Below are positions 46,501 to 54,934 of a DNA stretch of 64,000 nt, piece after piece; the first letter of the stretch is position 1, and every line of letters begins with the position of its first letter. The notes under the pieces were generated by a model. That model was given only the letters and a program-made list of their open reading frames with translations. It did not search any database and was not told the DNA's origin. A program made the translations under genes and the position numbers. Origin of the DNA: Methanobacteriota archaeon (GTDB taxonomy: Archaea > Thermoplasmatota > Poseidoniia > Poseidoniales > Poseidoniaceae); assembly GCA_018662825.1 (NCBI GenBank), contig JABJFI010000002.1:57-64056 (forward strand). The letters run 5' to 3'.

Positions 46501-49500
46501 ATGAATGTCACTTTGGCGACTTAGGATGGATTTCATCACCAACAACAGATAATGATGGCGATGGTTGCCAAGATAATTCGATTGAAGATGATGATGATGA
46601 TAATGATGGAATCTTAGATTCACTCGACGATTGTCAAGATGGAGATGTAGGATGGACGCCCTCATCAACCACTGATTACGATTCCGATGGTTGCCGAGAT
46701 GCAACAGAAGACCCTGATGATGATAACGATGATGTCAATGATGATGTTCCAGATGTTTGTCAGACTGGTGAATTGAATTGGATTTCAACTCCAGCAACAG
46801 ATTACGATGGCGATGGTTGCCGAGATGCGACAGAAGACCCCGATACCGATAACGATGGAATCAATGATGTCGATGATGATTGTAATTTTGGTGAATTAAA
46901 CTGGGTCTCGAGTACATCAACGGATTGGGATTCTGATGGATGTAAAGATGATTCAATCGAAGATAACGATAATGATAATGACAGTATTCCAAATTCATCA
47001 GATGAATGCCCAACAGGCATTATCGGTTGGACACCAACTCCTCTCAATGACTACGATTCCGATGGTTGTCGAGATGTCGATGAAGACCTCGATGATGATA
47101 ATGATGGTGTCGCTGATGATGACGACGGCTGCGCTACAGGCGATTTGAATTGGACTTCTGATGCGACTACAGACATCGATGGTGACGGTTGCCGAGATTC
47201 AACAGAAGATTCCGATGATGATAATGACAGCATCGGAGATGGTAATGACAATTGTCCTAACGTAGCGAATACAAATCAAGCAAATCATGACTTTGACTCC
47301 GAAGGCGATGCTTGTGATGATGACGATGATAACGATGGTGTCGACGATGACGTTCCCGACAATTGTGTTCGTGGAGCACTCGGTTGGACTTCTTCCAGTT
47401 TGAACGACCATGATGGCGACGGTTGTCGAGATTCTGATGAAGATACCGATGACGATGGGGATGGGATTTCAGATACCTCAGATGATTGTACTCCTGGTGA
47501 AATTGGTTGGATTTCAAACGCTGTAACCGACCACGATTCAGATGGTTGTCTCGACCAAAACTCCGGTAATGCTCTCGAAGAGGATGACGACGATGATGAT
47601 GATGGAATGCTCGATGGTCCTGACGTATGTGAGAAAGGCGATTTAGGTTGGACTTCAAACAGCGTCACAGATTATGATGGAGACGGTTGCCGAGATGCTG
47701 GTGAGGACACTGACGATGATGGAGATGGAGTTTCAGACTCTTCAGATAGCTGCCTTCAAAGTACGGTGGGATGGATTTCAAACTCCACAACTGATAATGA
47801 CGGTGATGGCTGTGAAGACGGTAATTCTGACCTTGATGATGATAACGATGGAGTCCTCGACGTCAATGATAACTGTCAATTTGTTCCAAATACAAATCAA
47901 GCCAATTATGACGGCGATTCCGAAGGCGATGCTTGTGATAACGACGATGACAATGATGGAATAAACGACCCCTTTGACGTTTGTGTAAGAGGTGAGATGG
48001 GATGGATATCAACTCAATTTACTGACCATGACAGCGATGGATGCCAAGATTCGACAAACGAGGATCCCGATGACGATAACGATCAAGTTAACGATGTTAA
48101 TGATGATTGCCAACTCGGTACCGTAGGTTGGATTTCCTCTCCAGCAACCGATTATGATAGCGATGGCTGTCAAGATAGTGGTGAAGATTTAGATGATGAT
48201 AATGACACTGTTCCCGATGTGATTGACCGCTGTGCAACAGGGGAAATTGGATGGACTCCAACGCCTGCAAATGATTACGATTCTGATGGTTGCCGAGATG
48301 CAACAGAAGACCTAGATGATGACAATGATGGAATCAATGATAACATTGATGTAAACTGTCAGAAAGGCGACCTTAACTGGATTTCAACTCCAGCAACCGA
48401 CCATGATTCGGATGGTTGCCGAGATGCTGGTGAAGACCTTGATGATGACAATGATACTAAAGCAGATGTAAGTGATGATTGTCGCTTGGGAGAACTTGGA
48501 TGGATTTCAACTCCTGCAACCGATTATGATGGTGATGGTTGCCGAGATGCCACTGAAGATGACGATGACGATAACGATACAGTTTTGGACCCATTGGACG
48601 ATTGCCGTTTGGGCAACCTTGGTTGGACTTCTAATCTTACCACAGATTGGGATTCGGATGGTTGCAATGACCTTTCAGAAGACGATGATGATGATAATGA
48701 TGGTCTCGGAGATTCGCAAGACCAGTGTCCAAAAGGAGATATCGGCTGGGGCTCATCTGGCCCAGGCCAAGGTAATGCGCCTGATTATGACGGAGACGGT
48801 TGTCAAGATGCTCTTGAAGACTTGGATGATGACAATGACAACGTTTTGGATGATGTAGATAGTTGCCCGCGTGGTCTTGAAATGATGTATCACATGCCAT
48901 TAAGTCCTCCATGGACTGATTACGATGGTGATGGTTGCATGGACCAATTGCATGACGGGATTGAAGAAGACCTTGATGATGACAATGACGGGGTTCTTGA
49001 TGTGAATGACAACTGCTCGATGGGGGACTTGGGATGGATTTCGAATAAAATTACGGATAATGATGGGGATGGTTGCAAAGACGCCTCAGAAGATTATGAT
49101 GATGATGAAGACGGCATCGATGACATTGACGACCAATGCCCCCGAGGGGAAGTTGGATGGAGTCAATCAAATTTGACTGATTACGATAGCGACGGTTGCC
49201 AAGATATTAGCGAAGATGATGATGACGATAATGATGGCATTCACGACTCGAATGATTTGTGTCCGAAAGGAGAACTCAACTGGTCGTCGACTGAAGGTGA
49301 AGACTATGATTCCGATGGCTGTCGTGACTCTACAGAAGATTTAGACGACGATAATGACAATTTGCCAGACCTGCTCGATAATTGCTCAAAAGGTAATATG
49401 GAATGGACATGGCCTTCACCAGCGTTTGATTACGATAGTGATGGATGTTTGGACATTTTAGAGGACCTCGATGATGATGGTGATGGATTAACGGATGAAC

Positions 49501-50675
49501 TTGATTTCTGTAAAATGGGTAACCTCAATTGGACTTCTACACCATCAACCGATTATGATTCGGATGGCTGTAAAGATGCAACAGAGGATTCAGATGATGA
49601 TAACGATGGAGTTTCCGATTGGCAAGACTTTTGCTCTAAGGGTGAAATGCTTTGGCTTTCAAATGAAGCAACTGACCACGATGGAGACGGTTGCCGAGAT
49701 TTGACAGAAGACTTGGATGATGATAACGATAAACGAGTTGATACTGAAGACGATTGTCCAATTGGTGAAACCGATTGGGATTCACTTTCTCCTGATTCTG
49801 ACCACGATGAAGATGGCTGTAAGGATTGGATTGAAGACCTTGACTCTGACGGTGATGGAATCGAAGATGTCGAGGATTCTTGCCCACAAGGTTCTGTTCA
49901 ATGGACTTCATCAGGCTCGACCGATTATGATACAGATGGTTGTAAGGACGGAGATGAAGACCTCGATGATGATAATGATGGTGTGGCAGATGTCTCGGAC
50001 AAGTGCCCACTTGGGGATTTGTTCTGGACCTCCTCACCCTCAACAGATTACGATGGAGATGGCTGTCAGGATGACTCTGAAGATGAAGACGATGATAATG
50101 ATGGTGTGGCCGATCTAGCCGATTTGTGTGCTACTGGCGAACTTGATTGGAGTTCAAACCCATCAACTGACTACGACACTGACGGTTGTGAAGATGATTC
50201 TGCAGAGGATTCTGATGATGATAACGACGCCGTTCAAGATTCTCAAGACGATTGTTCTCGTGGACTTCTTACTTGGATTTCAGATGCAGTAAATGATTAT
50301 GACCAAGATGGTTGTAATGATGCATCCGAAGATGAAGATGATGATAACGATGAGATTGTAGATGCACTCGACAATTGTTCGACTGGAAAATTATTTTGGA
50401 TTTCCGAACCGAAACTTGATTCGGATGCAGATGGATGCCATGATGTAGACGAGGATACAGATTATGTCCCATTAGAGTTAGATGAAGAAGAGGGTGATAA
50501 TCCAATATGCAACCCATATGTTCAAGATTGTTCAGAGGAACAGGTGGACAAAGCAATAATCACTGAAGAATCGACAGAAGGTCAAGTAAAACAATTGCTC
50601 ATGACAATGCTTGCTTTGGCCATAATCCCTACCGCCATTGGATTACTCCTTCTGGCGTACCGAATGAAATGGTAG
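43578..50675 (+). CDS. Giant thrombospondin type-3-like Asp/Cys repeat (putative Ca2+-binding) surface protein
   Basis: Signal peptide (MVAERMRRLGAFAALAMFIFSSL), ~2,250 aa of tandem ~39-aa repeats, C-terminal TM helix and RMKW tail. ORF track start 43470. Confidence 0.85.
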   Translation: MVAERMRRLGAFAALAMFIFSSLSTSQLMLLELNSSMDDDPQFSSARSGNDTDSDGIDDVDDICANGDTGWTSNAITDHDSDGCRDSTEDTDDDNDDQPDSFDDCQTGNLGWNSSTPGTDYDDDGCQDSLEDLDDDNDSVNDTSDTCQTGDRGWTSTSSNDYDSDGCQDISEDLDDDNDSVVDTSDLCTPGELGWTSTSSTDHDGDGCQDSSEDDDDDNDQVVDDDDSCTPGDIGWTSSSGTDHDDDGCQDSGEDTDDDDDGITDSLDGCSDGDLGWTPDSSTDYDTDGCQDSTEDTDDDNDGIFDGPDQCEKGDLGWTSSSSTDYDSDGCQDGTSEDLDRDNDGINDGSDNCSSGDLLWLSSGSTDHDTDGCQDSGEDLDDDNDGVADLHPDMCLLGDLGWTSTPATDFDGDGCRDSTEDDDTDNDGIDDVDDECNSGDTGWSSTPTTDHDNDGCQDSGEDTDDDNDGITDSLDDCSDGDLGWTPDSSTDYDSDGCQDSNEDLDDDNDLVDDDVDTCEKGTLGWTSSPSSDYDGDGCKDSTEDNDRDNDGILDSSDVCPQGDLGWTSGPSTDHDSDGCQDSGEDNDDDNDGVLDNAPDVCQTGDLGWISSSANDRDADGCQDSTEDPDDDNDGVHDTIDDCQNGDMGWISSSTTDHDSDGCRDASTEDPDDDNDSVLDGVDTCDKGETDWTPSTLNDYDSDGCKDDVEDNDDDNDGVIDSNDSCVRGDLGWTSNATTDNDGDGCRDSTEDFDSDNDGVADNIDSCPQGITGWSSSSSTDYDSDGCKDTSAEDNDDDNDGYNDSVDDCPTGTIGWTPTPSNDYDSDGCKDDTIFDTDDDNDDQPDPFDDCQTGNMGWNSSTPGTDYDDDGCQDASSEDLDDDNDEVEDLHPDDCQFGNLGWISSPTTDHDGDGCEDASSEDDDDDNDNISDSLDDCQFGEGSWIPSPSTDYDSDGCRDATEDLDDDNDDVDDVDDECHFGDLGWISSPTTDNDGDGCQDNSIEDDDDDNDGILDSLDDCQDGDVGWTPSSTTDYDSDGCRDATEDPDDDNDDVNDDVPDVCQTGELNWISTPATDYDGDGCRDATEDPDTDNDGINDVDDDCNFGELNWVSSTSTDWDSDGCKDDSIEDNDNDNDSIPNSSDECPTGIIGWTPTPLNDYDSDGCRDVDEDLDDDNDGVADDDDGCATGDLNWTSDATTDIDGDGCRDSTEDSDDDNDSIGDGNDNCPNVANTNQANHDFDSEGDACDDDDDNDGVDDDVPDNCVRGALGWTSSSLNDHDGDGCRDSDEDTDDDGDGISDTSDDCTPGEIGWISNAVTDHDSDGCLDQNSGNALEEDDDDDDDGMLDGPDVCEKGDLGWTSNSVTDYDGDGCRDAGEDTDDDGDGVSDSSDSCLQSTVGWISNSTTDNDGDGCEDGNSDLDDDNDGVLDVNDNCQFVPNTNQANYDGDSEGDACDNDDDNDGINDPFDVCVRGEMGWISTQFTDHDSDGCQDSTNEDPDDDNDQVNDVNDDCQLGTVGWISSPATDYDSDGCQDSGEDLDDDNDTVPDVIDRCATGEIGWTPTPANDYDSDGCRDATEDLDDDNDGINDNIDVNCQKGDLNWISTPATDHDSDGCRDAGEDLDDDNDTKADVSDDCRLGELGWISTPATDYDGDGCRDATEDDDDDNDTVLDPLDDCRLGNLGWTSNLTTDWDSDGCNDLSEDDDDDNDGLGDSQDQCPKGDIGWGSSGPGQGNAPDYDGDGCQDALEDLDDDNDNVLDDVDSCPRGLEMMYHMPLSPPWTDYDGDGCMDQLHDGIEEDLDDDNDGVLDVNDNCSMGDLGWISNKITDNDGDGCKDASEDYDDDEDGIDDIDDQCPRGEVGWSQSNLTDYDSDGCQDISEDDDDDNDGIHDSNDLCPKGELNWSSTEGEDYDSDGCRDSTEDLDDDNDNLPDLLDNCSKGNMEWTWPSPAFDYDSDGCLDILEDLDDDGDGLTDELDFCKMGNLNWTSTPSTDYDSDGCKDATEDSDDDNDGVSDWQDFCSKGEMLWLSNEATDHDGDGCRDLTEDLDDDNDKRVDTEDDCPIGETDWDSLSPDSDHDEDGCKDWIEDLDSDGDGIEDVEDSCPQGSVQWTSSGSTDYDTDGCKDGDEDLDDDNDGVADVSDKCPLGDLFWTSSPSTDYDGDGCQDDSEDEDDDNDGVADLADLCATGELDWSSNPSTDYDTDGCEDDSAEDSDDDNDAVQDSQDDCSRGLLTWISDAVNDYDQDGCNDASEDEDDDNDEIVDALDNCSTGKLFWISEPKLDSDADGCHDVDEDTDYVPLELDEEEGDNPICNPYVQDCSEEQVDKAIITEESTEGQVKQLLMTMLALAIIPTAIGLLLLAYRMKW
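43725..50460 (+). repeat. Coding tandem array, ~117-nt (~39-aa) unit DxDDDNDGVxDxxDxCxxGxxGWxSxxxTDxDxDGCxDxxE
   Basis: Directly visible periodic GATGGTTG(T/C) and GG(T/A)TGG motifs; roughly 55-60 units by length division. Confidence 0.9.
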
Positions 50676-50694
50676 TGTCCTTGAGACTCATATG

Positions 50695-50700
50695 TTGAAA
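50695..50700 (+). promoter_or_regulatory. Putative TATA-equivalent hexamer TTGAAA (FMN reductase-pirin)
   Basis: -29..-24 from ATG 50724. Confidence 0.55.
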
Positions 50701-50723
50701 GAGGATGACCTCTTGCTTGTCTT

Positions 50724-51221
50724 ATGGCACACATTCTCATCATGGCAGCCTCGACTGGAAAGAACCTTGATTTGGCTACGTCGTTCTACAATACTGTGTT
50801 AACTCAAGGCAATACTGCTGAGATAATCGACCTTTGTCGACTTAACCTTCCGATGTACACCCCAGAGGCAGAGAAAGAAATATCCGATATATCTTCAGTG
50901 AATAATGTCATGGAGCAACTATTAGCAAGTGATGCACTGATTGTATGCGCTCCTGAATACAATGGGTCAATACCGCCGGTTCTCAACAACCTAATTGCTT
51001 GGTTATCAGTTCAATCAGATGATTTTAGGATGTTATTCAATCGAAGAAAAGTTGGATTAGCAACGGTAAGTGGTGGTGGAGGCCAACATGTCATCATGAG
51101 CATGAGAATGCAATTTTCCTTTTTGGGCTCAAATGTACTTGGGCGTTCTATTGTAATCAACAAAACGAAATCATTCAACCAGCTTTCTCTTGATGCAATG
51201 GCGACAGAGGTGCTCAAATAA
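50724..51221 (+). CDS. NADPH-dependent FMN reductase
   Basis: LPMY, DALIVCAPEYNGSIPPVLNNLIAWLS, SGGGG. Confidence 0.9.
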   Translation: MAHILIMAASTGKNLDLATSFYNTVLTQGNTAEIIDLCRLNLPMYTPEAEKEISDISSVNNVMEQLLASDALIVCAPEYNGSIPPVLNNLIAWLSVQSDDFRMLFNRRKVGLATVSGGGGQHVIMSMRMQFSFLGSNVLGRSIVINKTKSFNQLSLDAMATEVLK

Positions 51222-52063
51222 TGCAGAAAAGAACCTTACGAATGACTGCACCTACCCACACAGTACTCGAAGGCGGGGGTTTTCCTGTAAGAAGACCTTC
51301 AGCAATGGGTTCACTGATGAGTCCTTTTTTGCTCTTGGATGAAATGGGGCCGGTTCATTGGGAGCCTGGGCAAGCGATTGGAGCCCCAGCCCACCCCCAT
51401 CGTGGATTTGAGACAGTGACATACATGATTCAAGGGGCTATGAAGCACGAAGACAGTGCAGGAAACAAAGGTGATTTGAATCCAGGAGATGTTCAGTGGA
51501 TGACTGCAGGCCGAGGAATTATACATTCCGAATTACCTCAAGATGATTTTCTCAAACAAGGAGGTGTAAGCCATGGTTTTCAAATATGGGTGAATCTTCC
51601 TTCGAAAGACAAAATGATGCAACCTCGGTATCAAGAAATATCTTCAAAGCAGATACCAAAAGTAACTTCTGAAGATGGTAAAGTTTGGGCAAATATCATT
51701 GCAGGCTCAACTTTAGGTGTTCAGGCAGTTATTGACACAGTCATTCCAATTACCTACATTCACATGAAAATACAGAAACAAGGTGCTCATTGTCAAGCAA
51801 TTGAGCAAGGCCTCAATGGTATGATTTATGTTTTCGGTGGAACGGTACACATTGAAGGTAAACCAGTACATGATGGTCAACTTGGTCTATTGACTGATGG
51901 TGATGAAGTGATATTTGAAGCACAAGAGGATGATGCCGAATTCTTAATTCTTGCCGGTCCAGAATTAAATGAACCAATTGCACGGTATGGACCGTTTGTG
52001 ATGAATAACCGTGAAGAGATACAGCAAGCATTACTCGACTACCAAAACGGCAACCTCGCTTAA
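51221..52063 (+). CDS. Pirin family protein
   Basis: EGGGFPVRR, PFLLLD, HPHRGFETVTY, VQWMTAGRGIIHSE, QIWVNLP, YGPFVMN; TAATG overlap with the upstream gene. Confidence 0.93.
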   Translation: MQKRTLRMTAPTHTVLEGGGFPVRRPSAMGSLMSPFLLLDEMGPVHWEPGQAIGAPAHPHRGFETVTYMIQGAMKHEDSAGNKGDLNPGDVQWMTAGRGIIHSELPQDDFLKQGGVSHGFQIWVNLPSKDKMMQPRYQEISSKQIPKVTSEDGKVWANIIAGSTLGVQAVIDTVIPITYIHMKIQKQGAHCQAIEQGLNGMIYVFGGTVHIEGKPVHDGQLGLLTDGDEVIFEAQEDDAEFLILAGPELNEPIARYGPFVMNNREEIQQALLDYQNGNLA

Positions 52064-52214
52064 TCTAGGTTCTTGGAATTTCTCTTGGCATTCCACTCAA
52101 ATTCTGAATGTTCTTGGCCTTGAATAATGGTCTAATTTGAGGGGGGGGTGCCTCACTTTTGCTCTGTTTTTTTGAGTATTCTAAAGGCAATACTGCATGC
52201 TATTTGAGTATAAG

Positions 52215-52289
52215 TGCTCGTGCCGGGATTCGAACCCGGGTCGGCGGGATGAAAACCCACTATGATGGACCTGGCTACACCACACGAGC
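52215..52289 (-). tRNA. tRNA-Glu (anticodon UUC), no intron, CCA not encoded
   Basis: Minus strand GCTCGTG-TG-GTGTAGCCAGGTCCATCAT-A-GTGGG-TTTTCAT-CCCGC-CGAC-CCGGG-TTCGAAT-CCCGG-CACGAGC-A folds into a cloverleaf. Confidence 0.93.
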
Positions 52290-52354
52290 GACAGCCGTTC
52301 CACCGACCACCCCTTGATAATGATTCGCTCTATCAAAGACGAGAGAACGATGGC

Positions 52355-52978
52355 TCATTCGCTCATTTCATGCTCCATTGAGGATGTTTCTAGTTCAATA
52401 TTGTTCCACCATTTCCAACCATAATAAATTAGTACCGCTGAAAGAATCATCATGATGGCCAAAATAATTTCATTTTCGAGAAACCAATTCAAAGACTCAA
52501 TAGCCGCATTACCATATACACCGATCAATATTGCTTCAAGTCCAAAACGTAAACCCCTTCCACATAGTCCTGCAAGCAAAAACGGCTTCTTTTCCATCTC
52601 CCCCATTCCTGCAACCCAGCCAAATACCTTGTATGGTATTGGTGAAAATGCGGCAATGAAAATGCCAAAACTTCCGTATTTGAGAGTGAGTGCCTCGATT
52701 TTTTCGAGGTGTGCTTGCTTTGAAAATCGACCGATTAACCCACGCCCCCATCGTTTTCCAATCCAGTACCCTACCAAGGAACCAGCTACCGAAGAAAGTG
52801 TAACAGTCAGCCAGAGCCAAACTACCATTGGGATGTTTCCAATCGTGTCTGCAAGCATTGGAATGTAGAGTAAATCAGGTGGAATCGGTTGGATAATTGC
52901 TTCTGTAAAGGAGACAACAGCAAGACTTGCCGGGCCAAAAACATCGAAAAAGTCGAGTATAGTATCCTTCCACGACAT
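52355..52978 (-). CDS. YqaA/VTT (DedA superfamily) membrane protein
   Basis: SFTEAIIQPIPPD, GSLVGYWIG, AAFSPIPYKVF...AG, GRGLRF. Confidence 0.88.
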   Translation of the reverse strand: MSWKDTILDFFDVFGPASLAVVSFTEAIIQPIPPDLLYIPMLADTIGNIPMVVWLWLTVTLSSVAGSLVGYWIGKRWGRGLIGRFSKQAHLEKIEALTLKYGSFGIFIAAFSPIPYKVFGWVAGMGEMEKKPFLLAGLCGRGLRFGLEAILIGVYGNAAIESLNWFLENEIILAIMMILSAVLIYYGWKWWNNIELETSSMEHEMSE

Positions 52979-53001
52979 GAAGGTTGCTCAGTTGCCCCTC
53001 C

Positions 53002-53007
53002 CATGAA
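53002..53007 (-). promoter_or_regulatory. Putative TATA-equivalent hexamer TTCATG (YqaA)
   Basis: -29..-24 from ATG 52978. Confidence 0.5.
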
Positions 53008-53058
53008 TGTGTGGGTGTGCGGTGACTTCAAGGAGGGCATTCTTCAGTGGAGGACTTG

Positions 53059-53550
53059 ATGCGAGTCCTTGATACAGCAGCATTACTTCATTGGCCGGTA
53101 AGTGAACTTACGGGTAATGTTTGTGCAGTGCGGCAGCAAGAGGAATTAGAACGAGTTAGTCCTCAACGCTGGATGTTGGTTCAGGCTCTTGATATCGATT
53201 GGCGAGATGTACCGCCAAACTGGCTTAATGACGCGAAAGAATGTGCTGCTGATAGTGGAGACCTACCTCGGCTTTCAGATGTTGACTTGGACGTTTTAGC
53301 TCTGGCACTCGGACTCGATATCCCTTTGGTCACTGATGATTACCGCTTACAAAATACTATGAATTCAGCGGGCAAGCAATCGCATTCAGTTGGTACCACT
53401 GGAGCAAAGCAAGTTTGGAAATGGAAATTAAGGTGCACAGGATGCCGTATTTCTACTGATGTTCCCGAAGATGTATCACGTTCTAAAAAAGGTGAAGTTG
53501 GTGATTGTGAGCGTTGTGGCTCGCCATTGGTGCTGAAGAGAAAACGCTGA
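53059..53550 (+). CDS. nob1: NOB1-family PIN endonuclease with zinc ribbon
   Basis: VLDTAALL, GDL.RLSDVDLDVLALA, TDDYRLQN, CTGC...CERCGS. Start 53047, 53056 or 53059. Confidence 0.88.
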   Translation: MRVLDTAALLHWPVSELTGNVCAVRQQEELERVSPQRWMLVQALDIDWRDVPPNWLNDAKECAADSGDLPRLSDVDLDVLALALGLDIPLVTDDYRLQNTMNSAGKQSHSVGTTGAKQVWKWKLRCTGCRISTDVPEDVSRSKKGEVGDCERCGSPLVLKRKR

Positions 53551-53551
53551 A

Positions 53552-53851
53552 CTATTCTTCAGAAGAATCCATTGACTCAAGCGCTGCTACCTTGCGTTCG
53601 AGTTCATCGACTTCCATACCAGCAGGGTCTAGACCGACAGTTCTAGCACGCTCGGCAAGAAGTTGAGAAGGGGTGCGACCACCAGCCTCAAGGTCGTTCA
53701 ATGTGCGAGATGTATCGGACAATCCCTTTTGGAATTCACCCTTTGAGCGGCCCAATGCATTGGCCATTTTTGGTAAGCGCTCGGCACCAAATAATATGAA
53801 AAATAATCCAATGAGAACCGTAAGTTCAAGTGGTCCTAATCCGCCAATCAT
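53552..53851 (-). CDS. tatA: Twin-arginine translocase TatA/TatE
   Basis: GLGPLEL...LFGAERLPKMANALGRSKGEFQKG. Confidence 0.92.
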   Translation of the reverse strand: MIGGLGPLELTVLIGLFFILFGAERLPKMANALGRSKGEFQKGLSDTSRTLNDLEAGGRTPSQLLAERARTVGLDPAGMEVDELERKVAALESMDSSEE

Positions 53852-53924
53852 TATTCTTCCTCAACCCTTGGAGAAAGGCAGTAGTGTTGAATGCTTCGGC
53901 TAAACAGGGTGCATTTTTCTGTTT

Positions 53925-54176
53925 TTAGCCTCCAGAGACCGGAGGCAGAAAAGCCAATTCATCACCATCGACTAATTCAGTATCAAACTCACACTGAAGG
54001 CCATTAATGGCTACAAAGAGGCCACGATTTTTCCAATCATCAATGGCAAGAATCTGTAGGACAGTGTCAATTTTTGTAGAATATGGCAGGCTAAGTTCGT
54101 GCCGCTTCCAATTGAGTGTTTCTGCGAGTGGCCCGAAAGCAAGGAGCGTAATGTTCATGCCCCCAGCATCGTTCAT
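53925..54176 (-). CDS. MoaD/ThiS/SAMP ubiquitin-like sulfur carrier
   Basis: FGPLAE, VAING, L.DGDELAFLPPVSGG with C-terminal diglycine. Confidence 0.9.
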   Translation of the reverse strand: MNDAGGMNITLLAFGPLAETLNWKRHELSLPYSTKIDTVLQILAIDDWKNRGLFVAINGLQCEFDTELVDGDELAFLPPVSGG

Positions 54177-54197
54177 GGTGATGCTTTGAAGCGGTAG

Positions 54198-54205
54198 TTT
54201 ATCAA
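54198..54205. promoter_or_regulatory. Putative shared bidirectional promoter box TTTATCAA/TTGATAAA
   Basis: Lies at about -29..-24 from both ATG 54176 (-) and ATG 54228 (+) in a 51-bp divergent gap. Confidence 0.5.
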
Positions 54206-54227
54206 CGCACTCGCTCGTCCTCAATGC

Positions 54228-54926
54228 ATGGGACCAGTGATGAAAGCAACCGGTTTGTGGAAAATTTATCCTTCAGGGGAAACTTCTATTCAGGCGGTTA
54301 AAGGAGTCAATGTGAATATCGATGCTGGAGAAATGGTTGCTATTATGGGTCCATCCGGCTGTGGAAAAACGACTTTGCTCAATATACTCTCTGGAATCGA
54401 TGAACCAAATTCGGGAGATGTGATGGTCAAAAATCAACCATTATTCGGAATCTCAGATGATGCTCGAACTCGTATGAGAGCCGAACATCTAGGATTTATT
54501 TTTCAAGATTTTAATCTTCTTCCAGTTCTTTCAGCAGTAGAAAATGTAGAGTTGCCATTACTCTTACTGGGAAATTCGGCGGCAGAAGCGCGCACAGGCG
54601 CCCTTTCGGCCCTTTCCTCTGTAGGATTAGAAGACCGAGCAGAACACCGTCCTGCTGAGTTATCTGGGGGTCAGCAACAACGTGTTGCAGTTGCTCGAGC
54701 CTTGGTTCATAGCCCCGCCATCATTCTTTGCGATGAGCCCACGGGTAATCTTGATTCTGCGACATCATCAGAAGTACTGGAACTTCTTCTTCATTTGAAT
54801 AATGAGCGAAACACAACCTTTCTCATCGTCACTCATGACCCCATAATCGCAAAACATTGTAGTCGAACACTACGTATGTCGGATGGAGTCATCATCGAAG
54901 ACCAAAGGAATTCTGAGGAGGAGTAG
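54228..54926 (+). CDS. ABC transporter ATP-binding protein (LolD/MacB type)
   Basis: GPSGCGKTT, GFIFQDFNL, LSGGQQQRVAVARAL, CDEPTGNLD, VTHD. Confidence 0.93.
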   Translation: MGPVMKATGLWKIYPSGETSIQAVKGVNVNIDAGEMVAIMGPSGCGKTTLLNILSGIDEPNSGDVMVKNQPLFGISDDARTRMRAEHLGFIFQDFNLLPVLSAVENVELPLLLLGNSAAEARTGALSALSSVGLEDRAEHRPAELSGGQQQRVAVARALVHSPAIILCDEPTGNLDSATSSEVLELLLHLNNERNTTFLIVTHDPIIAKHCSRTLRMSDGVIIEDQRNSEEE

Positions 54927-54934
54927 CACTGCTG

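Noticed and set aside
43725-50460. Periodic ~117-nt repeats considered as a CRISPR array or DGR template
   Set aside because: Repeats are in-frame coding units varying mostly at synonymous sites, with no constant repeat/unique spacer pattern, cas genes or reverse transcriptase.
43648-50556. Many His/Arg-rich, Met-rich or Ser-rich alternative-frame ORFs (e.g. 46003..46704 -)
   Set aside because: By-products of GAT/GAC-rich Asp codons read in other frames; no independent start signals.
50724-52289. Possible island integrated at the tRNA-Glu 3' end
   Set aside because: No integrase and no duplicated tRNA 3' fragment found by eye in the window.
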